NCBI GenBank assembly: GCA_017508105.1
Contig: JAFVZP010000038.1
Span: forward strand, 1-63,240
Reading direction: 5' to 3'
Source: Clostridia bacterium
GTDB taxonomy: Bacteria; Bacillota; Clostridia; Christensenellales; Borkfalkiaceae
DNA length: 63,240 nucleotides
Part shown: positions 1-8,999 of the stretch, piece by piece
How positions within the stretch are numbered: position 1 is the stretch's first letter
Layout: each line of letters begins with the position of its first letter
Made by a program: the position numbers and the translations under genes
The notes under the pieces: generated by a model
What the model saw: the letters and a program-made list of their open reading frames with translations, nothing else
Told to the model about the DNA's origin: nothing
Databases searched by the model: none

Positions 1-717
1 ACCGATTATTGCAAAAACGCCATCCGTTTATCGGCGCTTATGAAATTGCCCGTATTCTATATCTTCACGCACGACTCCATCGGCGTCGGCGAGGACGGCC
101 CCACCCACGAGCCCATTGAACAGCTCATCGGCTTGCGCTCCATTCCCGGCTTGAAGGTATTCCGCCCCGCAGACGGCAAGGAAACGGCGGCAGCTTACGT
201 TTCGGCAATGAACGGCAACCAGCCCACGGCGTTGGTGCTTTCCCGCCAGAACTTGCCGCAGTATGAAAACTCCGGCCTGAACGCCTTGAAGGGCGGCTAT
301 ATCCTGGACGATTGCGAAGGTACCCCTCAGGTTATTTTAATGGGTACGGGTTCGGAAATCGAGCTCTGTATGAACGCCAAAGCCAAGCTTGCAGAAATGG
401 GCGTTAAGGCAAGAGTAGTATCCATGCCTTGCTTGGAAGAGTTTGAAAAACAGACCGAAGAATATAAGAACAGCGTTCTGCCCCGCTCGGTTAAAGCGAG
501 AGTTTGCGTGGAAGCGGCTACGCCTCACAGCTGGTACCGCTACGCAGGCGACTACGGCGAAATTATCGCCATGGAGAGCTTTGGCGCTTCCGCACCTGCA
601 GGCGTGCTCTTTAAGCACTTCGGCTTTACCGTGGAAAACGTAGTGGAAAAAGCGCTCTGTTCCATGAAGAGATGCCCGATTAAAATTAAATTGGTGGGAA
701 ACAATGACGCTGAATGA
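1..717 (+). CDS. tkt: transketolase, C-terminal portion (5' end lies outside the window)
   Basis: Frame 1 is open from base 1. The translation contains THDSIGVGEDGPTHEPIEQL, the conserved transketolase pyrimidine-binding motif, and continues through the C-terminal domain to a stop at 715-717. Confidence 0.9.
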   Translation, partial: TDYCKNAIRLSALMKLPVFYIFTHDSIGVGEDGPTHEPIEQLIGLRSIPGLKVFRPADGKETAAAYVSAMNGNQPTALVLSRQNLPQYENSGLNALKGGYILDDCEGTPQVILMGTGSEIELCMNAKAKLAEMGVKARVVSMPCLEEFEKQTEEYKNSVLPRSVKARVCVEAATPHSWYRYAGDYGEIIAMESFGASAPAGVLFKHFGFTVENVVEKALCSMKRCPIKIKLVGNNDAE

Positions 718-1231
718 GTTGATTGAAGGGCGTTACAGCTGCAGAAATTACGCCGACACGCCCGTGGATAAAAAATTGGTGGAGGAAATTTGCCTGACGG
801 CAGTCAAGGCGCCCTCTGCCTGCAATTCACAGCCTTGGAAAATTCACGCCTTTTGCGGCGAGAAAAAGGACGCGCTTGCCCAAGCGCTGACGGACGCAGG
901 ACTGAATAAACACGCAATGCAAGCGCCCGTATTGCTCGCAATCGAGGAAACGCAGGCGCAGTACCTCGCCCGCCTGCAGGGCAAGGTTGCACCCAACCGC
1001 TGGGCAAAGGTGGATTTGGGCATTTTAACGGCGCATCTCGTGTTGCTTGCAAAGCAAAAGGGCTTGGATAGCTGTATTATCGGTTACAGCAACCCCGAAA
1101 AGGTAAAGAGCGTTTTGAATACGCAAAACGAAATCCCGCTGTTTATTACTTTGGGATATGCAAAAGAGGACGATACCATGCCCGAAAAACGGCGTAAAAA
1201 CGTTGAGGACGTGTTCGTTTGGGAAGAATAA
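704..1231 (+). CDS. nitroreductase family protein
   Basis: 175 aa with RYSCRNY near the N-terminus and the SACNSQPW motif typical of FMN nitroreductases. The ATG overlaps the tkt stop by 14 nt. Confidence 0.85.
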   Translation: MTLNELIEGRYSCRNYADTPVDKKLVEEICLTAVKAPSACNSQPWKIHAFCGEKKDALAQALTDAGLNKHAMQAPVLLAIEETQAQYLARLQGKVAPNRWAKVDLGILTAHLVLLAKQKGLDSCIIGYSNPEKVKSVLNTQNEIPLFITLGYAKEDDTMPEKRRKNVEDVFVWEE

Positions 1232-1251
1232 AAAACAACTGAAAATATTAA

Positions 1252-1282
1252 AGAGCCACGGGCGCGCCCGTGGCTCTTTTTG
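1252..1282. terminator. bidirectional rho-independent terminator between convergent genes
   Basis: Perfect 26-nt palindrome agagccacgggcg/cgcccgtggctct followed by ttttt. It sits between the + nitroreductase gene and the - CNNM/CBS gene. Confidence 0.65.
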
Positions 1283-1299
1283 CTTTTGATTTATATAAT

Positions 1300-2562
1300 T
1301 TAAGAAGCTGCTTGCTCGTTCTTGGTCGGCCTGACCGAAGCCTGTAATACGCATTTACGGGAAGCCTTCAACACCTTGATTTCATAGCCGTTTACGTTGA
1401 TTTTTCTGCCCGTATGCGGAATTTCACCGAACTGCTCGATGAGCCAACCGCCAAAGGTGTTGGACTGCGACTCGGTGGTAAAGCCAACCTCGTCGAAAAA
1501 CAGGTCAATTTCGCAAAAGCCCTCGACTGTCAACGAGCCGTCGTCGTTTTCATGGAAGGGAATATCCTCGTCGTCGTGCTCGTCGTAAATTTCACCGACC
1601 AATTCCTCTAAAATGTCTTCCAACGTAACGATGCCGAGCATACCGCCGTATTCATCGGTGACCACCGCCATCTGACAGCGGCGCGCCTGTAATTTGCGAA
1701 GCAACAGAGATATGCGAGTGTGCTCTGCCGTGAAGAATAACTGCTGGATAATGCTGCGAATGTTGGTCTTTTTTTCAAAATAGCTCTGATAAAAATCCTT
1801 TTCGTGGATAAAGCCCAGGACATTATCGATGGTGTCCTTATACACGATCAAACGGGAATAGCCGGTCTGCTGGAACACCTTTAAAATGGCATCCATGCCC
1901 GCGGTGATGGGTATAGCTTCAACGCTTACACGGGGGATTAAAATATCTCCTACCTTCAAGTCGTCAAACTCCAATGCCGAGCGAATGAGGTCGGATTCCT
2001 CCTCCTTGAGCGTACCGTCCTCTTCAGCCTCGTCCACGATGGTCATGAGCTGTTCGTCTGTAATGACGTCGTCGGGGTGCATTTTAAAAAGATGCGCAAT
2101 GAGCTTTTGATACCCTTGAAAGACGATGTTGAGCGGGTATAAAATATAATAGGAAAAAATAGCGAAGGGATAGAGCAGCATTGCCATTTTTTCGGGATAG
2201 GTTTTGGCAAACAGCTTGGGGGTAATTTCCCCAAAAATCAGGACTGCCACGGTCAATACGATGGTAGAAACGACCGAGGGGTCCACTCCCGTACCCTGCA
2301 AAAGCAGGACGAATAGACCGGCAGACACTGCCGCCGCCGAGAGATTGACGATGTTGTTGCCGATGAGCACGGCAGAGAGCAGGCTTTCAAACTTTTCGCC
2401 GAGGGCGAGTACTTTTTCCGCGCGCACATTGCCGGCGTTGACCATGCCCTTGAGTTTTATTTTACTGAAACACGAATATGCGGTTTCCGTGGACGAAAAG
2501 AGTGCGGATAATATAATTAAAATCAATAACACCACAATCAGCGGTGTAGAGCCGTCAGGCAT
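1300..2562 (-). CDS. hemolysin-family membrane protein (CNNM/DUF21 TM domain + CBS pair + CorC_HlyC C-terminal domain)
   Basis: 420 aa. The N-terminus is hydrophobic (LIVVLLILIILSALFSSTETA). It is followed by a CBS-pair region and a C-terminal transporter-associated domain, the architecture of the TlyC/CorC family. Confidence 0.85.
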   Translation of the reverse strand: MPDGSTPLIVVLLILIILSALFSSTETAYSCFSKIKLKGMVNAGNVRAEKVLALGEKFESLLSAVLIGNNIVNLSAAAVSAGLFVLLLQGTGVDPSVVSTIVLTVAVLIFGEITPKLFAKTYPEKMAMLLYPFAIFSYYILYPLNIVFQGYQKLIAHLFKMHPDDVITDEQLMTIVDEAEEDGTLKEEESDLIRSALEFDDLKVGDILIPRVSVEAIPITAGMDAILKVFQQTGYSRLIVYKDTIDNVLGFIHEKDFYQSYFEKKTNIRSIIQQLFFTAEHTRISLLLRKLQARRCQMAVVTDEYGGMLGIVTLEDILEELVGEIYDEHDDEDIPFHENDDGSLTVEGFCEIDLFFDEVGFTTESQSNTFGGWLIEQFGEIPHTGRKINVNGYEIKVLKASRKCVLQASVRPTKNEQAAS

Positions 2563-2643
2563 ACTTCCTCCGAATAATGAAATAATATCCTTATTATTGT
2601 ATCATATATCTACAAAAAATGCAATGGTTTTTGCGACTATTGC

Positions 2644-3681
2644 TCACAGTAAACGCAAGCACCATTTAAACGCTGTAGCAAGGGATACGTTTTGCTCCAA
2701 TTCTTGTAGCGAAAAAGACAAAAATGCAGGGGGCATGTCCGAGGTTTCCACCAAATACGCCGTCATATCCCAAATTAAATGCGTAAAGACATGGGTATGC
2801 CCTTGTTCTTTTAAGACGGTGTAGTTTTTTATGCCCAATCCCCCCAGCTGCATCTTTAACGACAGCGGATTTTTTGGATCGACTTCCACGTTGGGGAATT
2901 GCCACATCCCCGCCAAAACGCCCTTATCGGGGCGTTTGCACAAAAGTATGCCCTTGGGCGTTTTCAAGACGAATACCGAGAGCGTCACTTTCTTTTTTTC
3001 GGCTTTTTTGGGGATAACGGGGAGCGTGCTTTGCAGCCCGTCCCGCTCGGCAACGCACCTGCCCTGCATGGGACAGATATTGCATTTTGGAGTTTCGGGC
3101 AGACAGATGAGCGCGCCCAATTCCATTAAGCTCTGCGTATAGTCCCCTGCCGCGTCGGGATAGACCGACTGTAATTTTTGGTACAGCGCACGCTTTCTTT
3201 CTACGCTGTCAATGGGAGCAAAATTCCCCTCGATCCGCGCGCAAATTCGTAAAACGTTGCCGTCGATGGCGGGGTTCTTTTGCTCGTAAGCAATCGACGA
3301 TACGGCGCCTGCGGTATATTCCCCGATGCCCGGTAATTTTTGCAGTAATTTTTTATCGCTCGGGAACACGCCGCCGTATTCCTCCACCACCTGTTGAGCG
3401 CATTTTTTTAAATTTCTCGCACGGGAATAATAGCCCAGCCCTTCCCACAGCTTCATCAGGGTTTCGTCCTCGCAAGCAGCCAAATCAAACACGGTAGGCA
3501 GCGCCTGCATAAAGCGGATATAGTGTGCTTTTGCCGCTTCCACACGGGTCTGTTGGAGCATAATCTCGCTCACCCACACGGCGTAGGCGTTCTTACTTTG
3601 GCGCCAAGGCAGGTTGCGCTGATTGGCATAAAACCAAGGCAATAAATATTCGGGCAAGGGAAAAAAGACGGTAGTTTGCAT
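2644..3681 (-). CDS. mutY: A/G-specific adenine DNA glycosylase
   Basis: 345 aa with NLPWRQ, YAVWVSEIMLQQTRV, a helix-hairpin-helix GIGEYTAGAV and the 4Fe-4S cluster loop C-x6-C-x2-C-x5-C (CLPETPKCNICPMQGRC). A C-terminal MutT-like domain follows. Confidence 0.9.
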   Translation of the reverse strand: MQTTVFFPLPEYLLPWFYANQRNLPWRQSKNAYAVWVSEIMLQQTRVEAAKAHYIRFMQALPTVFDLAACEDETLMKLWEGLGYYSRARNLKKCAQQVVEEYGGVFPSDKKLLQKLPGIGEYTAGAVSSIAYEQKNPAIDGNVLRICARIEGNFAPIDSVERKRALYQKLQSVYPDAAGDYTQSLMELGALICLPETPKCNICPMQGRCVAERDGLQSTLPVIPKKAEKKKVTLSVFVLKTPKGILLCKRPDKGVLAGMWQFPNVEVDPKNPLSLKMQLGGLGIKNYTVLKEQGHTHVFTHLIWDMTAYLVETSDMPPAFLSFSLQELEQNVSLATAFKWCLRLL

Positions 3682-3710
3682 AGAAATACAGTTGATAGAT
3701 TAACTTTTAA

Positions 3711-4388
3711 TTACTGTTTTACCCCTTCCAAACGGTAGATGGGCATATTTTTTTCGAGAAATTTTTTCTCGTACTCGGTAATAATATTGTCCTTGACATA
3801 CTCGCTTTCGTGCAGGTTTAAGCTGATGTTTTGCAGCGTAAAGCCATGCTCTGAGAGCTGTTGCAGGGAATATTCAAAAAAGTGCATGCTGTCGGTTTTT
3901 TGATGAATTTCCCCGCCCTCACAGAGCAGATTGCGATAAATATTTAAAAACCGCTTGGATGTCAAGCGCTGTTTTTCCCTCGTGGTTTCGGGCAAGGGAG
4001 TGGAAAAATTGAGATAAATTCGGGAAATTTCACCTCTTTGAATATAGCATTCCAAAACCTCGACGGGAATATTCAAAAAGCGCAAATTTGGCAAATCGGC
4101 TTTTTTAGCGTTTTCCAAAGCGGTGATGATGACGTTGTTCATGCGCTCGACAGCCAAAAGATTGATGTCCGGATAGCGCTTGGCGTGTTCAATGGAAAAA
4201 CCGCCGCAGCCGCAGCCGAGCTCTAAATATACGGGATTGTCGTTGCCGAAAATCTCTTTTAAATTCAGGTAATTTTGATACTCCTGGAGCATACGCTTCA
4301 AATTTCTGTCCGGCACGCCGAATACGGGCATAACGTCCAGACATTGATGCAAGCGCTCTTCCAGGTTGGGTTTATGACGCATCCGCAT
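3711..4388 (-). CDS. trmB: tRNA (guanine46-N7)-methyltransferase
   Basis: 225 aa with the SAM-binding ELGCGCGGF motif and a TrmB-like overall sequence. Its ATG overlaps the dut stop (TAATG). Confidence 0.9.
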   Translation of the reverse strand: MRMRHKPNLEERLHQCLDVMPVFGVPDRNLKRMLQEYQNYLNLKEIFGNDNPVYLELGCGCGGFSIEHAKRYPDINLLAVERMNNVIITALENAKKADLPNLRFLNIPVEVLECYIQRGEISRIYLNFSTPLPETTREKQRLTSKRFLNIYRNLLCEGGEIHQKTDSMHFFEYSLQQLSEHGFTLQNISLNLHESEYVKDNIITEYEKKFLEKNMPIYRLEGVKQ

Positions 4389-4843
4389 TATTTCGTCCCC
4401 GTGGAACCGAATCCGCCTTCACCGCGCACGGTGGCAGATAACTCGCTTACTTCCTGATACTCGGCGGTGACGTAGGGCGTGAGCACAAGCTGAGCGATGC
4501 GCTCGCCGCTCATAATTTCTTGCGCAGCTTCGCCGTGGTTATGGAGCGCCACCATAATTTCGCCGCGGTAATCGCTGTCAATGACACCCACCTTGTTGGC
4601 AGGGGCTAAATTTCTCTTGCTCGCCAAGCCGCTGCGGGCGTAGACCAAGCCCACCAGTCCTTCGGGAATTTCCATGGCGATACCCGTATGCACCAACACC
4701 GTTTGATGGGGCAGGATTGTAATTTTACCCTCTCCCTCGATGCAGGCATAGAGGTCGGCTCCTGCGGCGTATGCCGAGCCGTACGTGGGCATGGTAGCTC
4801 CGTTTAAGAGTTTTTTTGCATTGACCTTGACTGTATTTTTCAT
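4388..4843 (-). CDS. dut: dUTP diphosphatase
   Basis: 151 aa with the trimeric dUTPase motifs AGADL, RSGLA, GVIDSDYRGEI and a C-terminal RGEGGFGSTG. Confidence 0.92.
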   Translation of the reverse strand: MKNTVKVNAKKLLNGATMPTYGSAYAAGADLYACIEGEGKITILPHQTVLVHTGIAMEIPEGLVGLVYARSGLASKRNLAPANKVGVIDSDYRGEIMVALHNHGEAAQEIMSGERIAQLVLTPYVTAEYQEVSELSATVRGEGGFGSTGTK

Positions 4844-4865
4844 TGTATTTGCTCCTTTGAACAGG

Positions 4866-5897
4866 TTAATTTTTATGGGATAGCTCTATAATCCGAAAGG
4901 CCGCCGCGCGCAATAAGCGGTTGAATACGGCGAGGGACACCCCTTGACTTTGGGGGCAGCGAACGTATACCTTTTGCGCGCCGATTTTATCTAAGTGCCT
5001 CAGCAGCTTGAAGATGCTGTGCGCTTGCGCCGCGCCATCCCCCTCTTTTCCGTACGGGAACGCGGGCATGGGTAGCTTGTCCTCTTCGCCGTCGAAGCAA
5101 AGACAATAGGCGTTTTGTTCATTTTTACCCCCGACGTAATCGGCAAACTCGGCAAAGCTTCCGCGCAGCAGCACCAGCTCGGCTTCGGGGGCGTAGTGCC
5201 TGTATTTCATACCGGGAGAAAGCACCTTCTCCTGCGGCTGCACCTGTTCGCAAATTGCCTTGGCAACGGAAATTGGTGCACCCAGCACTTGCTCTATCTG
5301 CTCTTTGGTGACGTAGCCGGGGCGAAGCAGTACGGGAATATCGTCCAACAGGGATAATACGGTGGATTCCACTCCTGCGTTGCACTCTCCACCGTCCAAG
5401 ACGAGGGGCAATCTGCCATCCATGTCCGAAAATACGTCCTCGGCAGAGGTGGGTGAGGGCTTACCGCTGATGTTGGCGCTGGGGGCGCTTAACGGCACGC
5501 CCGCCGCCAGAATGACCGCCTGTGCCACGGGATGCGCGGGAAAACGTACGCCTACGCTGTCCAGCCCCGCCGTGGTTGCCGCGCAGAGCTTTTCCCCTTT
5601 GGGTAAAATGAGGGTGAGCGGGCCGGGCCAAAAGGCGTCTGCCAATTTTTGCGCACGGGACGGGAAGCGGGCTACCACACCCTCTAACATATTCCGTGAT
5701 GCGATATGTACGATGAGCGGATTGTCCTGCGGCCTGCCCTTGGCGAGAAAAATTTTTTCCACCGCACTTTGATTGGTGCAATCGGCGGCGATGCCGTAGA
5801 CCGTTTCGGTGGGAATTGCCACAATTTCGCCCTGGCGCAAAAGCTCGCCTGCGTATTGTATATTTTGTTGGTCTGCGTTTGTCAATAGAGTTTTCAT
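4866..5897 (-). CDS. tsaC: L-threonylcarbamoyladenylate synthase (Sua5/YwlC long form)
   Basis: 343 aa with a YrdC-like domain (PTETVYGIAAD, KGRPQDNPLIVH, SAPSAN) followed by a Sua5 C-terminal domain. Confidence 0.9.
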   Translation of the reverse strand: MKTLLTNADQQNIQYAGELLRQGEIVAIPTETVYGIAADCTNQSAVEKIFLAKGRPQDNPLIVHIASRNMLEGVVARFPSRAQKLADAFWPGPLTLILPKGEKLCAATTAGLDSVGVRFPAHPVAQAVILAAGVPLSAPSANISGKPSPTSAEDVFSDMDGRLPLVLDGGECNAGVESTVLSLLDDIPVLLRPGYVTKEQIEQVLGAPISVAKAICEQVQPQEKVLSPGMKYRHYAPEAELVLLRGSFAEFADYVGGKNEQNAYCLCFDGEEDKLPMPAFPYGKEGDGAAQAHSIFKLLRHLDKIGAQKVYVRCPQSQGVSLAVFNRLLRAAAFRIIELSHKN

Positions 5898-6018
5898 AAT
5901 TTTAATTGGTATTATAGCATATTTTCTTAAAAATCACAAGGAAAACAACCGAAAATATTGGAATGGTAATTTTATCTTTAAAATTTTCTTTTTAAATAAT
6001 AAATTGATTGCAGAAATT

Positions 6019-6039
6019 TTATAACAATGTTTGTTATAA
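6019..6039. promoter_or_regulatory. perfect 9-3-9 palindrome (candidate operator) in AT-rich intergenic region
   Basis: ttataacaa-tgt-ttgttataa read directly from the sequence. It lies about 25 nt upstream of a TGcTATAAT extended -10 element. Confidence 0.35.
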
Positions 6040-6062
6040 GTTATTTTTTCTTTAATTTTATC

Positions 6063-6071
6063 TGCTATAAT
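6063..6071 (+). promoter_or_regulatory. extended -10 promoter element (TGcTATAAT) for the small ORF
   Basis: tgctataat at 6063-6071, about 60 nt upstream of the ATG at 6134. The -35 region is weak (ttattt). Confidence 0.4.
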
Positions 6072-6133
6072 ACAATACTACTTGCTTATAAAGAGATGCA
6101 ATTTTTAATATTTATAAATTAAGGAGACCTATT

Positions 6134-6394
6134 ATGAAAAATTCAATTATTCTGCAGATTTTTAGGGGCGAACGGGGAAGATATGATATGTCTCCCTTTA
6201 TAGACCGTGAATATAGAAAACAAGCAGATGAAATATATGAAAAATTGGAGAAAAAACTTTCTAAAGAAGACTTCAATCTTTTCAACGATTTTATTGACAA
6301 AGACGGATTTGCTCGCTGTGAAGAAATGGACGGGTATTTTTTGGAAGGAGTTAAAATTGGGCTACGTATGGGAATAGAATGTATGGACGAATGA
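6134..6394 (+). CDS. small hypothetical protein (86 aa, helical, acidic)
   Basis: Strong SD AAGGAG at 6121-6126, 7 nt before the ATG, and a terminator immediately downstream. The gene is visibly more AT-rich than its neighbours. The pattern ...Y..(9)..L...LS.EDF..F..FID......E.....F.EG.K.G..M resembles a family of small clostridial proteins. I recall it as DUF6809, from memory and unverified. Confidence 0.6.
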   Translation: MKNSIILQIFRGERGRYDMSPFIDREYRKQADEIYEKLEKKLSKEDFNLFNDFIDKDGFARCEEMDGYFLEGVKIGLRMGIECMDE

Positions 6395-6404
6395 TAAATA
6401 AAAT

Positions 6405-6433
6405 ACGCCGAAGAAAAAACTTCGACGTTTTTT
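6405..6433. terminator. rho-independent terminator shared by convergent genes
   Basis: Stem acgccgaag / cttcgacgt with one mismatch, an A6 loop, then tttttt. An A-rich tract on the other side allows it to serve the minus strand too. Confidence 0.5.
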
Positions 6434-6476
6434 ATTATGCACATATCTGCACGTTTACACATGAACAGATATGCAG

Positions 6477-7721
6477 TTATGCATTTTTCTTTCGGGCAAT
6501 GGTGGCGTTGTCCTCGTCACGGCGACGCAACTCAACGATGGGGTGCGGCTTCTCCTCGTAGCGTAGGTCCTGACCGTTCTTTTCAATATACAGCGACATG
6601 AAGGTATGGGACGGCACCTTGACCTCGTCGGGACAGACGATGTTTTGATAGCGGAAGAAATCGGCGTTGGACGAAAGGTCGTTGACGGGGATATATCCCT
6701 CTTTGAGCGCCGTCAGACGGACGGATTTTAATACCTCACGGATATAGTTCTTGTTCTCATGGAACTGCAAGAGCATGGGAAATTCGCCCTTGGGAATGAC
6801 CTGTTGCCAATGCTTGCCCTCGTACTTTTTGAGCAGCTCTGCCGCCAAGTGCAAATGGGCTACCTCGTCCTCAAACGCCTTCTCCCAAACGCGTTTGATT
6901 TGGGCATGGGTCTCATCCATATAACAAGAGTAGTATAAATAGCACTCGGTATATTCGTGCATTAAAAGACTCTCCAGCCAAGTGCAGGTGGGGTCCAATA
7001 AACTCTCGTAGCCCGAAACGTGCTGCTCCTCAATCATGCCGATTTCATTGAACAGACGTCTGCCCTGGTCGGTGGGATAGAAGGATGCGATGTTCATATA
7101 GTAGTTCATGGTCTGCTGCTCCGCCGCCGTGATGATGTTGACGTTTAAGCGGGAGAGCACGTCCGCTGTGTGAAAATCGACGGGGTAACGGACGTCGTCG
7201 TTGGGGTGGCGGTGCTCGGCAATGGTCGGACGCCCGGGCATGATTTCGGTGTAGTGCCCGATGAGCACGTCGAACATTTCGCCGTTGTCCTGTTCCAAGA
7301 GGTCGGAGAAGCGGTACAGATGGTCAAAGTCCTCCAAAAGCGCAAAATTAAGCTGGTTGACGATGCTCCTGTTGGCTTCCCGTTGGGCTAAAATAGCGGT
7401 TAAATCGACGGCAAGCTGTTCGTAGGAAATAGTGGTTTCCAAAAGGGTTTCGTCCTTGGGCTTTAATGCGGAAATTTTCTTTTGCTGCTGCGCCTCGCCA
7501 CGGCGGCTGGCAGCCAGCGCCCGACGGATATCGTTGTTGGGACAGTGCCTTGCAAACTGGTGGGAAAACTTGACGGCTTCATACTCTGCTCCGTTTGCCA
7601 AGATGATACGGGTCTTGGTATAGGGGTCGGTTTGGTATTTGTCGTAAGATTTAGGAGTCAATTCCTTCCAATTTTCATACGTGGATTCCATTTTTTTGGG
7701 TTTTAACTCAAAAGGGTTCAT
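6477..7721 (-). CDS. conserved hypothetical protein with ferritin-like / di-iron-carboxylate-type motifs (function unknown)
   Basis: 414-aa uninterrupted ORF with typical host composition. It has repeated helix-embedded E...ExxH-type motifs (MIEEQHVSGYE, FEDEVAHLHLAAE, LLEDFDHLY, HEYTECY). No signal peptide or TM segment is present. The fold assignment is motif-based only. Confidence 0.55.
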   Translation of the reverse strand: MNPFELKPKKMESTYENWKELTPKSYDKYQTDPYTKTRIILANGAEYEAVKFSHQFARHCPNNDIRRALAASRRGEAQQQKKISALKPKDETLLETTISYEQLAVDLTAILAQREANRSIVNQLNFALLEDFDHLYRFSDLLEQDNGEMFDVLIGHYTEIMPGRPTIAEHRHPNDDVRYPVDFHTADVLSRLNVNIITAAEQQTMNYYMNIASFYPTDQGRRLFNEIGMIEEQHVSGYESLLDPTCTWLESLLMHEYTECYLYYSCYMDETHAQIKRVWEKAFEDEVAHLHLAAELLKKYEGKHWQQVIPKGEFPMLLQFHENKNYIREVLKSVRLTALKEGYIPVNDLSSNADFFRYQNIVCPDEVKVPSHTFMSLYIEKNGQDLRYEEKPHPIVELRRRDEDNATIARKKNA

Positions 7722-7831
7722 ACGTTGCGCCTCCTTAAAAATTTTGAATATACCCTACTATTGCCCTTTTGATAAAAAAATATGCGCCCGAGCGGTGCGC
7801 CCGAACGCAATTTTTTTGTTTTTTTCTTTGA

Positions 7832-8956
7832 TTACTTTTTTTCGTTTTCTTCCATGAAGGACATTAAAATGCCGTTCTGGACGTATAAATATTGCTCTTT
7901 AATGCTCAAACGGCTGCCTTTTACCTGTAAATATTCCTTATTTTTTTGCAGCGCCGTGCGGTATTTATCGGTAAAACTCACCGAAAATTCCCGTTCAAAC
8001 TCGGTGATATCCAAACCGTTTTCGGTGCGCAGGGCGAGCATGATTTTTTCGAACATGGCGTCCTTTTTCAACACCCCTTCGCTATCCACCGCAGGGATAA
8101 AGCCCGAGAGAATACACTTCATATATTCGTCCAAATCAAAGGTATTGGTGATGCGGTTGCCCATGAGATACGAGCTTGCCGAAAGCCCGAACCCGACGTA
8201 TTCGCCCCGACGCCAATAGTTGAGATTGTGCTTGCTCTCCTTGCCCTTTTTGGCAAAATTGGAAATTTCATAGCGGTCAAAGCCACGCTCCTTTAAGAGC
8301 GAACGACCGTACTCGTACAGCTCGGCTACCTCGTCCGAATCGGGCAATTCGCCGTTCAAATAGTCGGTATAGATGGGCGTACCGTCCTCTACGGTGAGGG
8401 CGTACATGGAGATGTGCGACGAACCGCATTTGTCGGCAAGCTCCACGGTCTTATACAAGTCGTCCTTGGTTTGGTTCTTTAAGCCGAGCATAATATCCGT
8501 GGAAAAGTTTTCACCCTTTAAAAGGGTGGTGGCGTACACGTAATCGCGCACGTTGTGGATGCGGTTTAAATCGGCGAGCTGTTCGTCGATTGCCGTTTGC
8601 AGTCCGATGGAGAAACGGTTGACGCCCGCAAGCTTATAGGTTTTTACCTTGCTTTCGCTGATCGTACCGGGGTTGAGCTCCAAGGTAATTTCGGGGTTTT
8701 TGGAGAGAGAAAAGCATTTTTGTATCTGATTGACGGCGCCGTAGATGTATTTGGCGTCGATGAGCGAGGGCGTTCCGCCGCCGAAATAAACTGTATCGAA
8801 GGTATAGTCCTTTAATTGGTCCTTTCTAAGCGACATTTCCTTATACAGGCAAGCCATGTACGCTTCCTCGTACGCCGATTTATCGGGAAAGGAACAAAAA
8901 TCGCAATACGAGCATTTTTGCTTGCAAAACGGGATATGAACGTAAATTCCGGGCAT
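7832..8956 (-). CDS. hemW: radical SAM heme chaperone HemW (coproporphyrinogen III oxidase-like)
   Basis: Contains the radical-SAM motif IPFCKQKCSYCDF, and FGGGTPS follows. The start is placed at the second ATG (MPGIYVHIPFC) because GGAGG lies 8 nt upstream of it. The longest ORF would start at 8971. Confidence 0.85.
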   Translation of the reverse strand: MPGIYVHIPFCKQKCSYCDFCSFPDKSAYEEAYMACLYKEMSLRKDQLKDYTFDTVYFGGGTPSLIDAKYIYGAVNQIQKCFSLSKNPEITLELNPGTISESKVKTYKLAGVNRFSIGLQTAIDEQLADLNRIHNVRDYVYATTLLKGENFSTDIMLGLKNQTKDDLYKTVELADKCGSSHISMYALTVEDGTPIYTDYLNGELPDSDEVAELYEYGRSLLKERGFDRYEISNFAKKGKESKHNLNYWRRGEYVGFGLSASSYLMGNRITNTFDLDEYMKCILSGFIPAVDSEGVLKKDAMFEKIMLALRTENGLDITEFEREFSVSFTDKYRTALQKNKEYLQVKGSRLSIKEQYLYVQNGILMSFMEENEKK

Positions 8957-8999
8957 GGGTACCCCCTCCATTGATAGTTTGCTGTTTTTAAAAAAAGAA

